From Octopus bimaculoides (Eukaryota), in contig NC_069001.1 of the NCBI RefSeq assembly GCF_001194135.2, forward strand, positions 27,483,636-27,547,463: DNA of 63,828 nt, read 5' to 3'. Numbering within the stretch: position 1 is the stretch's first letter; every line of letters starts with the position of its first letter. Positions 41,193 through 53,426 of the stretch are shown here, in pieces. The notes under the pieces are model-generated. The model was not told where the DNA came from. It made no database searches and saw only the letters and a program-made list of their open reading frames with translations. The position numbers and the translations under genes were made by a program.

Positions 41193-41410
41193 TTGTGTGT
41201 GTGTGTGTATGTATGTATGTCTTTTTGTCTGTGGTTTTTTCCCCCCCACTATCTCTTAACAACCAATGGTCATATGTTTAAGTCCTCGTAACTTAGCGGC
41301 TCGGGCAATAGCGACCAATAAAATAAGTACTAGGCTTACAGAGAATTAGTCCTGGGGTCGATTTCTTCGACTAAATATCTTTGAGGCGGTGCTCCAGCAT
41401 GAAACGTGAA
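40841..41410 (+). mobile_element. SINE family C with an insert in its internal microsatellite
   Basis: Head at about 40845, AAGAAGCCCGTCGTATATA at about 40990, foreign sequence at about 41025-41148, and the 3' half (AATAAGTACTAGGCTTACA...GCGGTGCTCCAGCAT) at 41200-41400. Confidence 0.85.
41070..41148. repeat. 19-bp inverted repeat hairpin
   Basis: ATAAAGTGTAGTATATTGC (41070-41088) versus GCAATATACTACACTTTAT (41130-41148). Confidence 0.9.
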
Positions 41411-41766
41411 AAAGAAAAAGGATTAAAGAATAGGCGATTGCCTGGTAGGATAGCTTTGCAACTACGTGGGTTAGGCTTCAGTCATCTCTAAGTTAACTTT
41501 CGTCCTTCTAGAAAACCAATAAAATTCGTACTATAAATGACATAATCTATTATTTCTGACAAAGCGTTAGATACCCTAGAAACAAATTTGTGGAAAATGA
41601 AAATGAGGCGGAGAAAAGGCCATATTTAATTAAATGAAGACGTTATGAATATCTTGCCTAAAACCATCTCGGTGAAAGAAGAACCTTTTGAACGAATATT
41701 GTAAGCTGTTTTCTGAACGATATTGAAGGAAGAGAAAACGAAAACTTCAATGTTATTAGCATAAGG

Positions 41767-41965
41767 TGGTAAGCTGACAAAACCAGCAATGTCTCGGACA
41801 AATGCTTAGCAGCATTTTTCCTGTATTTTCGTTCGGAGTTCAAATTCCATCAAAGTTGACCTTGCCTTTCGACTTCTCGGGGTCGATAGACGAATTACCT
41901 TTTGTACACTGGTTTACCTGTTGTCGGCTAGTCCCTATCACACAATTTCAGGCTTCATATTTGAT
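41767..41965 (+). mobile_element. SINE family B, diverged
   Basis: GGTAAGCTGACAAAACC...GGAGTTCAAATTCC...GGGGTCGATA. Confidence 0.65.
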
Positions 41966-43083
41966 ATAATAAGACTATTTTTTTATTATTTAGAGGGGGT
42001 GGAGTGAGTTCACTGATGAGGCATCTTTTCTTATGCGACTGCCTTATCGAACCATACCTACTTCAAGCTGTTATTTATTTTCTTAAAAATAGTAGATGAA
42101 GCTCCTTTATCACCTTTGTTTCAAAAGGATGGCGATGACGGAAACTCCACATTGGGGAATATACTTTATTAGGTACTATACATAGTTTAGTGTTAGCTGT
42201 GTATTATGAAACACGGGGAAAAGATGGGCCTGAATACGTTTGAACATAAATTTTCTTTGGGAACAATTTGGTAATATAGAGCAATCAAAATAACAGAAGA
42301 AAACCTTCAAACCATAAATATCCTCTGCTTTTATGATAGTGCAGTGTAATTTGAGTGAGATTTAACTGCTAAATCCCGATGATGGTGCGATCTTGCAAAA
42401 GGAATCCTTCTTGTGTATAGTAGCTTTCAATCGATGTAATTAAGTACCACTTGAGCTGATACATGACAGGGTTCGTAATGAGAAGCAAACATACTATTCC
42501 ATCATGAACCGTGATAGAACGTATTGTATTCTCGAGAGATGTATCGTGAGTTTGCTGCCCATTCCACCACTTGAGAAAGCCTCAATAGAAAAGGTGCTTA
42601 ATTATAGCAGTTAAATCTACGTCATTAAATTTTCAAATAAATTGATATGAATCTGCAGACCTGGAACTAAATTCAGAACGGTGTTGCACATTGCGAAATA
42701 GCACTTAGTTTACATAAGTTGGATTTAAACTAACGCTTACATCCAGCTTTCAAAGTGAAGACAAGAATAATTATTGGAAGCGAATTTTCCGTCAGATATC
42801 TTAATCCATCAATAGTATAATATTGCTTCCAAAGATCAGGTCATCGACGTCATTCCACAAGAATAGACGCGCATAAGACCGTTCCCATTGCATCCAGATC
42901 AATCATATGCTCACCACTTCTAACATCCGACTAAAGTTAAGCGAGCTTAACATATAGAATAAAGTAAATATTATACCATGAATAACATTACATTATTGAA
43001 TTATTGCTTAAGTAACACATCATAGATTTATGATTCACTAATGTACCATGCACAGAAATGTTATGTGTTTATGTGTGTGTGTG

Positions 43084-43123
<40 letters not shown>

Positions 43124-44296
43124 CGCGTGTACTTGTATATATGTGTGCACATACACACAAACGCACACACGTTCACACACATATTTTCAATTTTTATGAT
43201 TGTTCAATAATTTGAAGTTCTTTTATACATTTCCGTTCTTATACCTCTACATACCTTCCACTAGTCCACAATAGCCCAGTGGATGTGTTTATTGCTTCAT
43301 TCAACTACAGTATTTATAACAGTCAACTGTTAGATATTTGTAGATATAAGCCAGCCCATATCCGGTAAGCTCAGCGTCATCAATTCGCCGTTTTTGTCTT
43401 GTTTTTTAATAAAATAGTTTTTTTTTTTAACTATTAATGGTGATATACTATGAATATATTTTCCCCGTAAACTTTCCTCGAGGTGAACATAACGATGTGA
43501 GTCCGGATCCAACGCGTATGGAAAACTCACTTTTTTTCCGTCGAGGGTTTATATTCCCCAATATTAGACTATTTCTTTTAGTTAATACTCGGTGATGGTC
43601 TCTGAGATTTAAGCTTACAAAAATTATTATTATTATCATTTATTGTTATTATTATTTACAAAATTGTAAAATTCTGCACCGCTTACCAAATGTCTGCACA
43701 TACATACATACGGCCTCTCCGTCTTTCGAAGATGACTGTTTAGTTCGATCAACTGAAATACATGCTCTTTCTGTGACACGTCCGTGGCTGTGTGCTCTGC
43801 AGACCTATGTTTAATTAATGTAATTGTCAAGCAGTGATTATAGTGGTACAATGTGTGATAAGGTTGCAATTCTTGAACAACAGGTAGAATCCAAGCGACA
43901 GTGTCTGTTACTTTTTATTTCCTGCACCTCATTTCATTTACAAATTATGCTTTGGTCCAAATATAAAGAAAATTGCCAAAAACACCACACCGAGGGACCG
44001 AAACCGCGAACCTGTGATTGCCTGACAAACACTTAAACGTTCAATTTTACTGTGTTTACAAACACAGGCACCACCTCTGTCTCATACACGCACACACACA
44101 CACACACACACGCATTACATACACACACGCACTACACACACGTACATATATATTCATCTTAGATAGCAAATGTGAGTGCGTGTATATGTGTGTGCGAATT
44201 ATTTTAATTCATAATAGTTCATATACTTGTGTTTAATTATCGTCTTAATTATCGATTCGATGCGTGATAATTCGCTAAATGAGACAGTAGTGAATT

Positions 44297-44357
44297 ACCT
44301 ATCTGATGAAGAGTTGATTTATTGACGTATAAACTGTGAAACAAGAGAGATATAGGT
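44297..44357 (+). ncRNA. Decayed hammerhead-like motif
   Basis: Stem I ACCTAT/ATAGGT, CTGATGA 44303-44309, stem II AGAGTT/AACTGT (5 of 6), GAAA 44338-44341. The cleavage triplet is GAT (not NUH) and stem III is unpaired. Confidence 0.35.
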
Positions 44358-44762
44358 GGGTTTAAATTGTTACTTCTGTACAAGTGAAGCGTTTATAGAG
44401 CTTAATTTGGCATAGTATAACAACAGGCATTCTTTAGTGGAAATGTCAATGCGGTCGTCCGGCAATTGTTCTGTAGACGCTCTGTCCGATCAGAAAGACT
44501 GCTGTTCTAATCTTGTCTCAAATACAAATATAGACAAACGGGCTGAAGTCATGCAGAAATCTTTCACATGTCGCATCTTTGCCGCTTGATCTCCCAATCT
44601 CAGCGACCCACATCATACGTCCCCTTTTAGAGTAATACTATGTAAAGTGACATGATCTTCTACACAAAATAAAGTTACTATACAGTAGTTATTTGCGTTC
44701 AATTCAAATCGCCCACAAAATGTCAGAAATATATTTCAAAATACATGTTGGTATATATGAAC

Positions 44763-45020
44763 GGAGGCGCGTGGCTTACTGGTTAGGGTGTCAGCATCAT
44801 GATCATAAGATTGTGGTTTCGATTCCTGGACCGGGCGCCGCGTTGTGTTTTTGAGCAAAACACTTCATTTCACGTTGCTCAAGTCCACTCAGCTAGCAAA
44901 AATAAGTAACGCTGCAATGGACTGGTGTCCCGTCCAGCTGGGTAACACATACGCCATTGAAACCGGGAAACCGGGCCTATGAGCCTGGATAGGCTTTAAA
45001 AGGGCGCATTTATTATTATT
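44763..45020 (+). mobile_element. tRNA-derived SINE family D (CORE-like centre), full length
   Basis: GGAGGCGCGTGGCTTACTGG...GTTTCGATTCCTGG head, TTGAGCAAAACACTT centre and (TTA)n tail; second copy at 26990. Confidence 0.85.
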
Positions 45021-45726
45021 TATATACACATATATACATAGATGAAGAATCGAGCATCTAGTTTAGAAATCTCCCCTCACGGACTGAACTATCAGACAAC
45101 AACACAGGATAGTGTCAACAGAGTGTCCATGCAGCTGAAATCCAGAAAATTCGATGAATGAATTTCCTTCGGTGTGTATAAATCAGAAAAAGTCAGTAGG
45201 TGTGAGAGACGAATATATTTATTTAACATCATCCTTAGGATAACAGCCGTGACGCAGCATTCGTCATGTAGTACTATGTTCAGTGTGGAATAAAAAGTTA
45301 CCATGCGTTTTACAATACATTAGTATATTCACAAACCAATGCCAATAAAGGGAGTTAATAAGATCATCAGTATATCATAGCTATACGAACGATTCAGCTA
45401 AGTATACATACAAAATTTTCTCTTTATATATGGAATGTATGGAAGCCCGAAAAAAAAACCCTGCGTACCCCACCAAACATACATATACAGTTCCCTATGT
45501 ATTTTTTTTTTATAGCATATATATATATCATATGATACACTTTTCAAGGTATTTGCTTTTTCATACTTTAACTACTTTATGTCCTGTTTATCCCTCCCTG
45601 TTGCTTGTTAACATTAAGTATGGTCAACTCACTGAACTTCTGTGTAGCATCTAAATTGATATAAAACGCATATCTTTATTTTGATCACACCAATGTCATT
45701 CCAAGCTTCTACACATTGTATATTTA

Positions 45727-46669
45727 CAGGGGTTGGACAAAATAATGGAAACACCTTAAAACTTCAAATAAATTTAGTATGATATGGGGTAGGAATGTCG
45801 TTGGCAGTAATTACATCTTGAATTCTACTCGTACAAAGTTTGAATTGTTTCCAAAGGAATTTTTGTCCATTCTTTAGTTAAAACAGTCTCCAGTTCTTGT
45901 AGTGATGATGGTGGGGGATATCGACTCCTTAACTGCTTTTCTAAAATGCACCATAAATGTTCAATAATATTGAGATCCGGGGACTGTGGTGGCCATATAA
46001 TATATTTAACTTCATTAGAATCTTCTTCGTGCCATTCAGCAACAAATTTAACTGTGTAAATTGGTGCATTATCATCCTGAAAGATGGCGTTTTCCACCGG
46101 AAACAGTTCCGCAACCATAGGATGAATGCGATCAGATAAAATGCATAAATAGTCTTCACTATTAATTCTTCCATGAAGGGAAACCATTGCGCTGGCAGAC
46201 TTCCAAGATATAGCCCCCACCCCAGATTATCGCAAATCCTCCTCCATGTTTAATAGTTGGAAGAAGGCAGTCTGGGTCAAATACTTCATTTGGCTCTTCA
46301 CACATACTCGGCTGGTGGTCGGAAATAAAGTAAAAGATGTCGTCCGAGAAAATAACATTCTTCCACTGCTCTAGAGACCAATTCCGTGGGTTTTTACTCT
46401 ACTCTAAACACTTTGAACGTTTGTTTTTGAAAGTAGTGGTTTTCTGATTGCTGCCCTCCCACGAAATCCGGCTTTGTGCAACTCCCGGCAAACTGTTTTT
46501 GTGGAAACTGGGTTCTTGCGGTGGTCATTAAGCTCTGAAGTAATTTTGGGAGCTGTGCCTTCCTAACAATTCGCTTAAGAGTCCGACGCACCCTATCTGA
46601 AAGTTTTGGCTTTCTTCTAGAGCTTTGTTTCGAAGAGGAGGTGTTTCCCTTTTTCGCAAAGACTGTCAT
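45727..46669 (-). mobile_element. Tc1-like transposon relic with DD36E transposase, 5'-truncated
   Basis: TA-CAGGGGTTGGACAAAATAATGGAAACACC TIR at 45727. Frames give RRKPKLSDRVRRTL (HTH region), VIFSDD and FQDDNAP-X-WPPQSPDLNIIEHLW, with 36 residues between D and E. Frameshifted. Confidence 0.92.
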
Positions 46670-46816
46670 TCACTACGTCAACTCGTGTGCGTTTCGAAAT
46701 TTAAAAGTCCCGCTCCGTTTAAAAGAGAAAAACTGTCGTAAACAATAATTTTGTTTTTCTTTTAAACGGAGCTGGACGTTTAAAGTTCGAAACGTACACG
46801 AGTTGACGTAGTGAAT
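46668..46816. mobile_element. Palindromic MITE-like element (about 65-bp arms)
   Basis: ATTCACTACGTCAACTCGTGT...AAAAC is mirrored by GTTTT...ACACGAGTTGACGTAGTGAAT with about 5 differences. Confidence 0.85.
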
Positions 46817-47181
46817 ATTTTAGAAATGGATGTTACTTTCTCCAAATGAAGATTGCAAAGAATGTTTTCTCATGCACAACATGAAACCAATTGATATAGG
46901 GGTATGTAAACTATCTTCAAATCCCATCCTGAAGGTAGGTCTATGTATTGAAGTGCTCATTGCGTTGCTCGTGTGTGCATTCATCGTAGGATTGGTGCGT
47001 TTTGAAACTTTCGGATTCGTTTTTGGCAAGCGGTATTTTTACTCTTCTTTTATTCAAATATTTAATATTATACCTATTAAGGTGGAAGTCTAGCTAACAG
47101 CTCCATTATTACTGTTTTTAACAGTAACAATGCTGTCATATAGTATATATATATATATATATATATATATTTTTTGTCATG

Positions 47182-47218
<37 letters not shown>

Positions 47219-47229
47219 ATGTGTAATGT

Positions 47230-47685
47230 AATACTTTAGGAAAAAAACATTGGGGTTTCATATCCAGCGTGAACCAGACATCTCTTCAGTTTCTCAGAAC
47301 GATAACCGTTCTCTGCAAAGAATGCTCTTTTAAACACAAGAACGCCGGTAATAGTTAAAGAAATATTCTTCTTAGAAAATTATGGCCAGGTGAGTTGTGT
47401 TCCTTCGCTTGATAGCTAGGTTTTCCAATTCTGAAGTAAACATTTCCGATAATTTGGACGACTCCCCACGGCTTCCGTCGTAGAGTTGAGGTAGCCTTCT
47501 GGCTCATGTGAGGTCATAATGATAATATATCTTTCTACCATACACAATTTACACAGCCTTGTTCCATTGCGATAGGGTCCACAAGATTCCAGTTATTTCC
47601 ACCTGATGTTAATTTGCGTATGGTCATTCTTTAAGCGCCATACGTATGCTGGAAGTGTTGTGGTGTTGCGTCTCTCCGAGACATA
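47230..47685 (-). mobile_element. Penelope-like element 3' fragment (GIY-YIG C-terminus plus 3' region)
   Basis: RNTTTLPAYVWRLKNDHTQINIRWK-stop-LESCGPYRNGTRLCKLCMVERYII...YLN..E....RKCLLQNWKT-stop, matching the Penelope pattern N.T.LS.YIW.LK......I.W.I.....PY......C.LC..EK. Cut at 47686 by a family C SINE. Confidence 0.85.
47240..47295 (-). ncRNA. Type I hammerhead ribozyme candidate at the 3' end of a Penelope-like element
   Basis: Stem I GAGAAA/UUUUUC, CUGAAGA (47289-47283), extra G, stem II AUGUCUGG/CUGGAUAU (8 bp with 3 G-U), GAAA (47259-47256), 2-bp stem III AC/GU with loop CCCAAU, and a GUU triplet. Confidence 0.65.
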
Positions 47686-48090
47686 GGCGCAGTAATGGGT
47701 GTGTGGTAAGTAGCTTGCTTCTCAACCACATAGTTCCGGGTTCAGTCCAGCTGCGTGGCACCTTGGGCAAGTGTCTTCTACTATAGCTTCGAACCGACCA
47801 AAGCCTTTTGAGTGGATTTAGTACACGGAAACTGTAAGTATGTATATGTGTATATATGTATGTATTTGTGTATCTGTGTTTGTCCCTTGGCCATCGCTTG
47901 ACAACCTATATTGGTGTGTTTACGTCTCCGTAACATTAGCGGTTCGGCAAAAAAGAGACCAATAGAATAAGTACTAGGCTTACAAAGAATAAACCCTGGG
48001 GTCGATTTGTTCGACTAAAGGCAGTGCTTCAGCATGGCCACAGTCAAATGACTGAAACAAGTAAGAGAATAAAAGTATAAAAAGAATAAA
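47686..48090 (+). mobile_element. SINE family C, full length
   Basis: GGCGCAG..TGTGTGGTAAGTAGCTTGC...GGTTCAGTCC...ATAGAATAAGTACTAGGCTTAC...GACTGAAACAAGTAA. Confidence 0.9.
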
Positions 48091-49922
48091 TGCGCTCTGT
48101 CACAGCTTCTTGTTCGTGTTCATACATATTTCCTGTTATCTCTACGCTACACGGGCTAGCATCTCACTATACTATTTAATCTATACGTCCAGGCATGAAT
48201 TTATACACTTTTTGAGCTGGCTGTTTGAGCGGCAATCACTCAAAAAGTGACTGATCCATTCCTCTCTATTACGTAAATTATAATTATGCATAAAACCCCT
48301 TAGAATTTATATCTTTCATTTTGATTTATCTGATTCTTTTAATTTCGTGAGATAATAGACATCAACCATTGATATCAGGCAGGATAATTATTTCCGAGAC
48401 TTTAGTTTTAAAGTTAAAGACAGAAATCTTGCAGACATTTCAGAAGAGTTTAATTTGCCCATATAGAATATAAATTTATTTAGTTACTATTTACGATGTT
48501 TGCATATTTTTGTCATAGCAAATTTTTCTTCTGTCAAGATACGTATTAGTCTATACTGCAAAGCGATATTCAACCATAAGCACTACTTCAACGTAACTAA
48601 AGTAATCATGTGATAACTCATGAAATCTCCTTTGATTTCATCCATTGTGTGTGTAGACATATTACAGATACAATGTAATTGTGGTATTGTACTATTCATA
48701 TTGTGCTCACCTTGCAGATTACAAAATCCATTTGCGGTCTACTAAAGGAGGTTTAAACTATGACTCAATCATATCTATATATGGTTTCGTACGCTCTGAA
48801 ATATCACAGAGCTTAGCTATCGGTCACTTCACATTTTGAAGTTCACATACATACATATTTTATATATATATATATATACCTAAGTTTGTGTGCGTGTGTG
48901 TGTTTGAGAGAGAGAGATAGAAAGAGAAAGAGAGAGAGAATATGTACGTGCGTCTATGAGTGATATAGTGTATATATGCATCCGGGAAATATATGTGCCT
49001 GCATATACGTATGCGATTATGAGTCGTTTAATGTATTTGTATTCTTATATGAAACTTAAAATCGCAATTAGTGACTAATATATTTTATTGTATTTTAATT
49101 ACAACAATTACAAATTTGCATCGCTGAACATGTCTTGCAAAGAATGATTTCAAAATGGCACTTAATAAAACCAATTTAAAGATGAACCATTCAGAGTTGA
49201 GATTCATTGACATGGTAATTTTGAACCGGAACTAAATACAGAATATATTAAAACATTAATAAATAAAGATTAAATGTAAATCAAGTTGAGACACATTAGA
49301 CGTTAGAACAAATTTAATAAAGTTTAACCTCCATGATCATAATATAGACTCATTTTCAAGTTAAATGCAGTCTGGTCTTATTAATAATGAAAATAAAATT
49401 CTATTTAAACTTTAGATATATAGGACGTTATGTTCTGTTTTGTTTTATCTTCTGTTGACTGACAAAATGTCAATTAACTTCAGCCACTGCGTGTATTGAC
49501 AGAACGAGATATATACTAGGAATTTTTCTATTGTTATATTTTCTAGATATACGACAGAATATCTTGGCACGTTATATAATATATGATAGATATTTAGTAA
49601 ATTTATAAAACAAAATAAAACGCATTAAACACGTTAATCCACTAGATTGTATCACAATGAAGTTTTAGAAACTGAAATGCTGCCAGACGGAATCCACTGC
49701 GAAGTCATTTTCAAGTTTCACAAAGTCTTTGAAAAAATGCTTTACGCGTATGATTTATGCTTCATTCATTCGTCTCCTCGATCTACAATCATGTATTTTT
49801 GTAGCTATACAGAATATGACATTCTCACTTTCCCTTTTTCTCTCTCCTTCAATCGATCTCTTGATATATATGTATATAAACGTACAACTACATACGCATA
49901 TACATGTGTATGTGTATGATTA

Positions 49923-49955
<33 letters not shown>

Positions 49956-50736
49956 TCAAATATATGCCTGTGTATATTTGTGTGTATGTGTGTGTGCGCA
50001 TCTCTGTGTGTCTGTGTCTGTTCACGGTGTATATGTCTCATTAGAATTAAACATTTGTTTACAAATTTTCGTAAAGTGTTTGTATGTTTTGTTTCCTGGC
50101 ACCATATGTCTTAGTTCCCATGGTTACTTTCATCCTGTATTCACCTGACCGTCCTCCCTGTTAACGCACCGATCTTTTATATAATACGCTGTTTTACTTC
50201 ATTCGCAAACGCTTTGATCTGGTGCCTAAACTGGAATAATCACGTAGTGTAAGAGCGATTTCACTCATGAAATAAAAGCTGTTATATTACCTTTCCTCTA
50301 CTAGACAGTAATAGTGCCAATGAAGATACTTCATACATTTTATAGATATCCTTCGGCACAATTACCCTGTATACATCACAAATTAAATTGAAATGTATAC
50401 AGTGATATATATGTATTAAAAAAATGAAGACGTGTCTCACATTTAATTATTCAAATTTCAATATATTATCGCAGATCAATTATCTAGTCAAACATCAACA
50501 TCAAAATAGGTATTAATAGGAGCTCCCATGTCTGAGTGATTAAGAGATTCGCTTCCAAAATATATGGTTTCGTATTCAATCCTACTAACCCAGATAATAT
50601 GTAATTTGGTAAAAAGATATCACCCACCCCTCTCTCTCTCTTTCTTTCTCTCTCTCTCTCTCTCTTTATTTCTCTCTCTCTCTTTCTTTCTCTTTCTCTC
50701 AATCTCTTTCACTATGTATTTATATACATACATATA

Positions 50737-50772
<36 letters not shown>

Positions 50773-51229
50773 CAGAGAGAGAGAGAGAGAGAGATAACGA
50801 AGTCTGCCTATATATGTGTGTGTTTACATTTACATATATCACAGATAAATGTGTGTGTATGTATGTATGTATGTATGTCTGTATGCATAAAGAAAATAAG
50901 ACAAGGTAGAAAATGGTAAAAGAATTTTAGCATGAAGAACATTTTAGTACCGGTTTCAGATTTGCCACTTTTTCGAGTTAGAATAAAGCATTAAAAAACA
51001 ATTAAATTGTGGAAAAATTAAATGAAATGTTGTTTTAAGATACATTTCCATAGTTTTCAAATACATGTGGCATTTTCCTTTTTTGCATCTTTCTCATTTA
51101 CTTTTGTGAAAGCTCTCTCTTTTACTTTTGTGAAGGCATCGGTTGTCGAGCGGTGATAGAGACAAACGCTGGTTCAGACACATACACACTCACACACGCT
51201 CACACAGAGACACATACAGATATCGACGG

Positions 51230-51362
51230 GTTTCTTTCCGTCTACTAAATCTACTCACAAAATTTCAGTCAAGGCTATGTTAGAAGCCATTTGCCTAAAT
51301 TGGATTTGACTTAGAACTATCCTGTTGGGAAGCGAACTTCTAACCTCATAGCCACGCCTGCA
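51230..51362 (-). mobile_element. SINE family C head, diverged
   Basis: Reverse complement of GCAGGCGTGGCTATGAGGTTAGAAGTTCGCTTCCCAAC. Confidence 0.55.
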
Positions 51363-52980
51363 CCGATGCACAGCCAACATTAATGTTTGTGTACGCAAAT
51401 AATAATTTTCTTCATAAGTATTAACCATCAGTAAAACATATATTGGGTTATTCTTGGATAGATTTAAAATTAATCATTACAACCACAAACTTCTCCTGTT
51501 AAACTGTATGAAAGTGTATCTTTCGCTAACATCTTCCGTCTAAGCGACATCCGAACTTATAGACAATATAATACCTGTTATGGTATATTGAACCTTACTT
51601 CAAACAGGTATATCAACGGTAATTAATACTGCATTTGATGTCTTCGTGTTGTAATTTACAACAAAGGTCTTAGGTGTTTACGCAAAATAGAGCAATCTTC
51701 GTAGTAAAATGTAGAAATAAATGCTCACTGCTATACAGCTGTGTGGACATGACTGATCTAATAATTTCTAATAAATTTGTACAAAGAATTATTGATAATT
51801 TTAAAAGCTCGTACATTTCCCAAACTTTAAAGAAATTTAAAATAAAGAAACTATTATGAGTTACCACCTTCGAATCATGATGAAACATTAATATATTCCT
51901 AAAGAACTAAATAATTCAAAATTCTCACGAATACATTTTGAAATTTAATAAAAAAGAGTATATTCAAAGTTATTCGTGTCAAACAAACACGCTGCGACGA
52001 AGAACATTGAATGAAATAACTCTTGGTAACTAAGCGGATAAAATCAATTCCAAACACATTCTTTGGCTCTAAACATGAACTTTTAATCTCGTAAGAAACA
52101 AAAAATATTCTACATCAGTGTCGAATTGAACTGCAAATAATAAAATCATTCCAGAATTCGATAAAGGTTGGGGAATAGCATACAATGTCTTTCCCAGGTG
52201 AAACAAAATACACAACAGCTTGAACATCGAAAGATATTTGCGAAGGTACTTAATGGAATAGCTAACAAAAACTAGCAGTTGCATGTATAATTACCTCCAA
52301 GAGTGATCTTACAAACCAGTTCCCAAAGTCCTTCGATGCTAACGTTACTAGTTCACATGGGAACATTTTATCAGCCGGGCACAACGGCTAAAAGATTTGA
52401 ACGAAGCACTAATAACTTCTACCTTTAGCAGAATCCCAGAAATTTGCAGGTGACGAACAGAATATTTGAATGACTCCAGAATTTGATTCGTAATATACGA
52501 GTAATTCATCGAAGTAAATTGGGAAAAAATAAGGTAAACTTTTGAGTGATTTGAAAAGAAGTACTAAATGCCAATTACGTCTAGCATGAAATTAGGTATT
52601 TTCTCTATCATATTTTATTTAAAATTTCTATGTTGCTGAGTGATAATAAATCATACTAAAAAAAGGGATAGCTTAAAAACGACTCAGGGGAGTTTAATTC
52701 TGTAAAATAAGCCCGGCAATCTTTTACAACAAAACAAAGAAATACTAGATTACATAACATGTGGTACAGCAGCTAAATCATATTTATAGGACAGAAAATC
52801 ATTATGTTACTTTATCGAAACGTTCATTTACAAATAAGGAAGATACTAAAAGACCTTTCTTTGCCGCATACATGCACAGCCGTCTGGAAATATAATATCT
52901 GTGAGATTGCAGCTGCTAAAACTTCGAAAATAAATACTACGACCAAGACTTCAAAGGCATTTTACATTAAATATACACAT

Positions 52981-53148
52981 AGGCGTAGGAGTGGCTGTGT
53001 GGTAAGTAGCTTGCTTACCAATCACATGGTCCCGGGGTCAGTCCCAATGCGTGGCACCTTGGGCAAGTAGTGTCTTCTACTATAGCGTCGGGCCGACCAA
53101 AGCCTTGTGAGTGGATTTGTTAGACGGAAACTGAAAGAAGCCCGTCGT

Positions 53149-53196
<48 letters not shown>

Positions 53197-53390
53197 TATA
53201 TATATAATGTGTGTGTGGGGGTGGGGGATGGGGGTGTGTGCATATGTGTGTGTGTCTGTTTGTCCCCCTAGCAGTTTGGCAAAAGAGACCGATAGAATAA
53301 GTACTAGGCTTACAAATTTGCTCGACTATAAATGCGGTGCTCCAGCATGGCTGCAGTCAATTGACTGAAGCAAGTAAAAGAGAGAGAGAG
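52981..53390 (+). mobile_element. SINE family C, near full length
   Basis: AGGCGTAGGAGTGGCTGTGTGGTAAGTAGCTTGC..., internal (TA)n/(TG)n and 3' GCGGTGCTCCAGCATGG...GTAAAAGAG. Confidence 0.9.

Positions 53391-53426
<36 letters not shown>

Noticed and set aside
42005-42055. CTGATGA-G-GCAT/ATGC hammerhead-like start
   Set aside because: GACT replaces the GAAA box; at best an inactive relic.
48719-48832. Plus-frame DYKIHLRSTKGGLNYDSIISIYG after a TTGCAG acceptor
   Set aside because: Weak donors and no convincing family match. It is phase-incompatible with the candidate exons near 49646 and 52155, which are also unsupported.
2711-53390. tRNA-like sequences with A/B boxes
   Set aside because: They are SINE heads lacking complete acceptor stems and running into repeat bodies; not called as tRNA genes.
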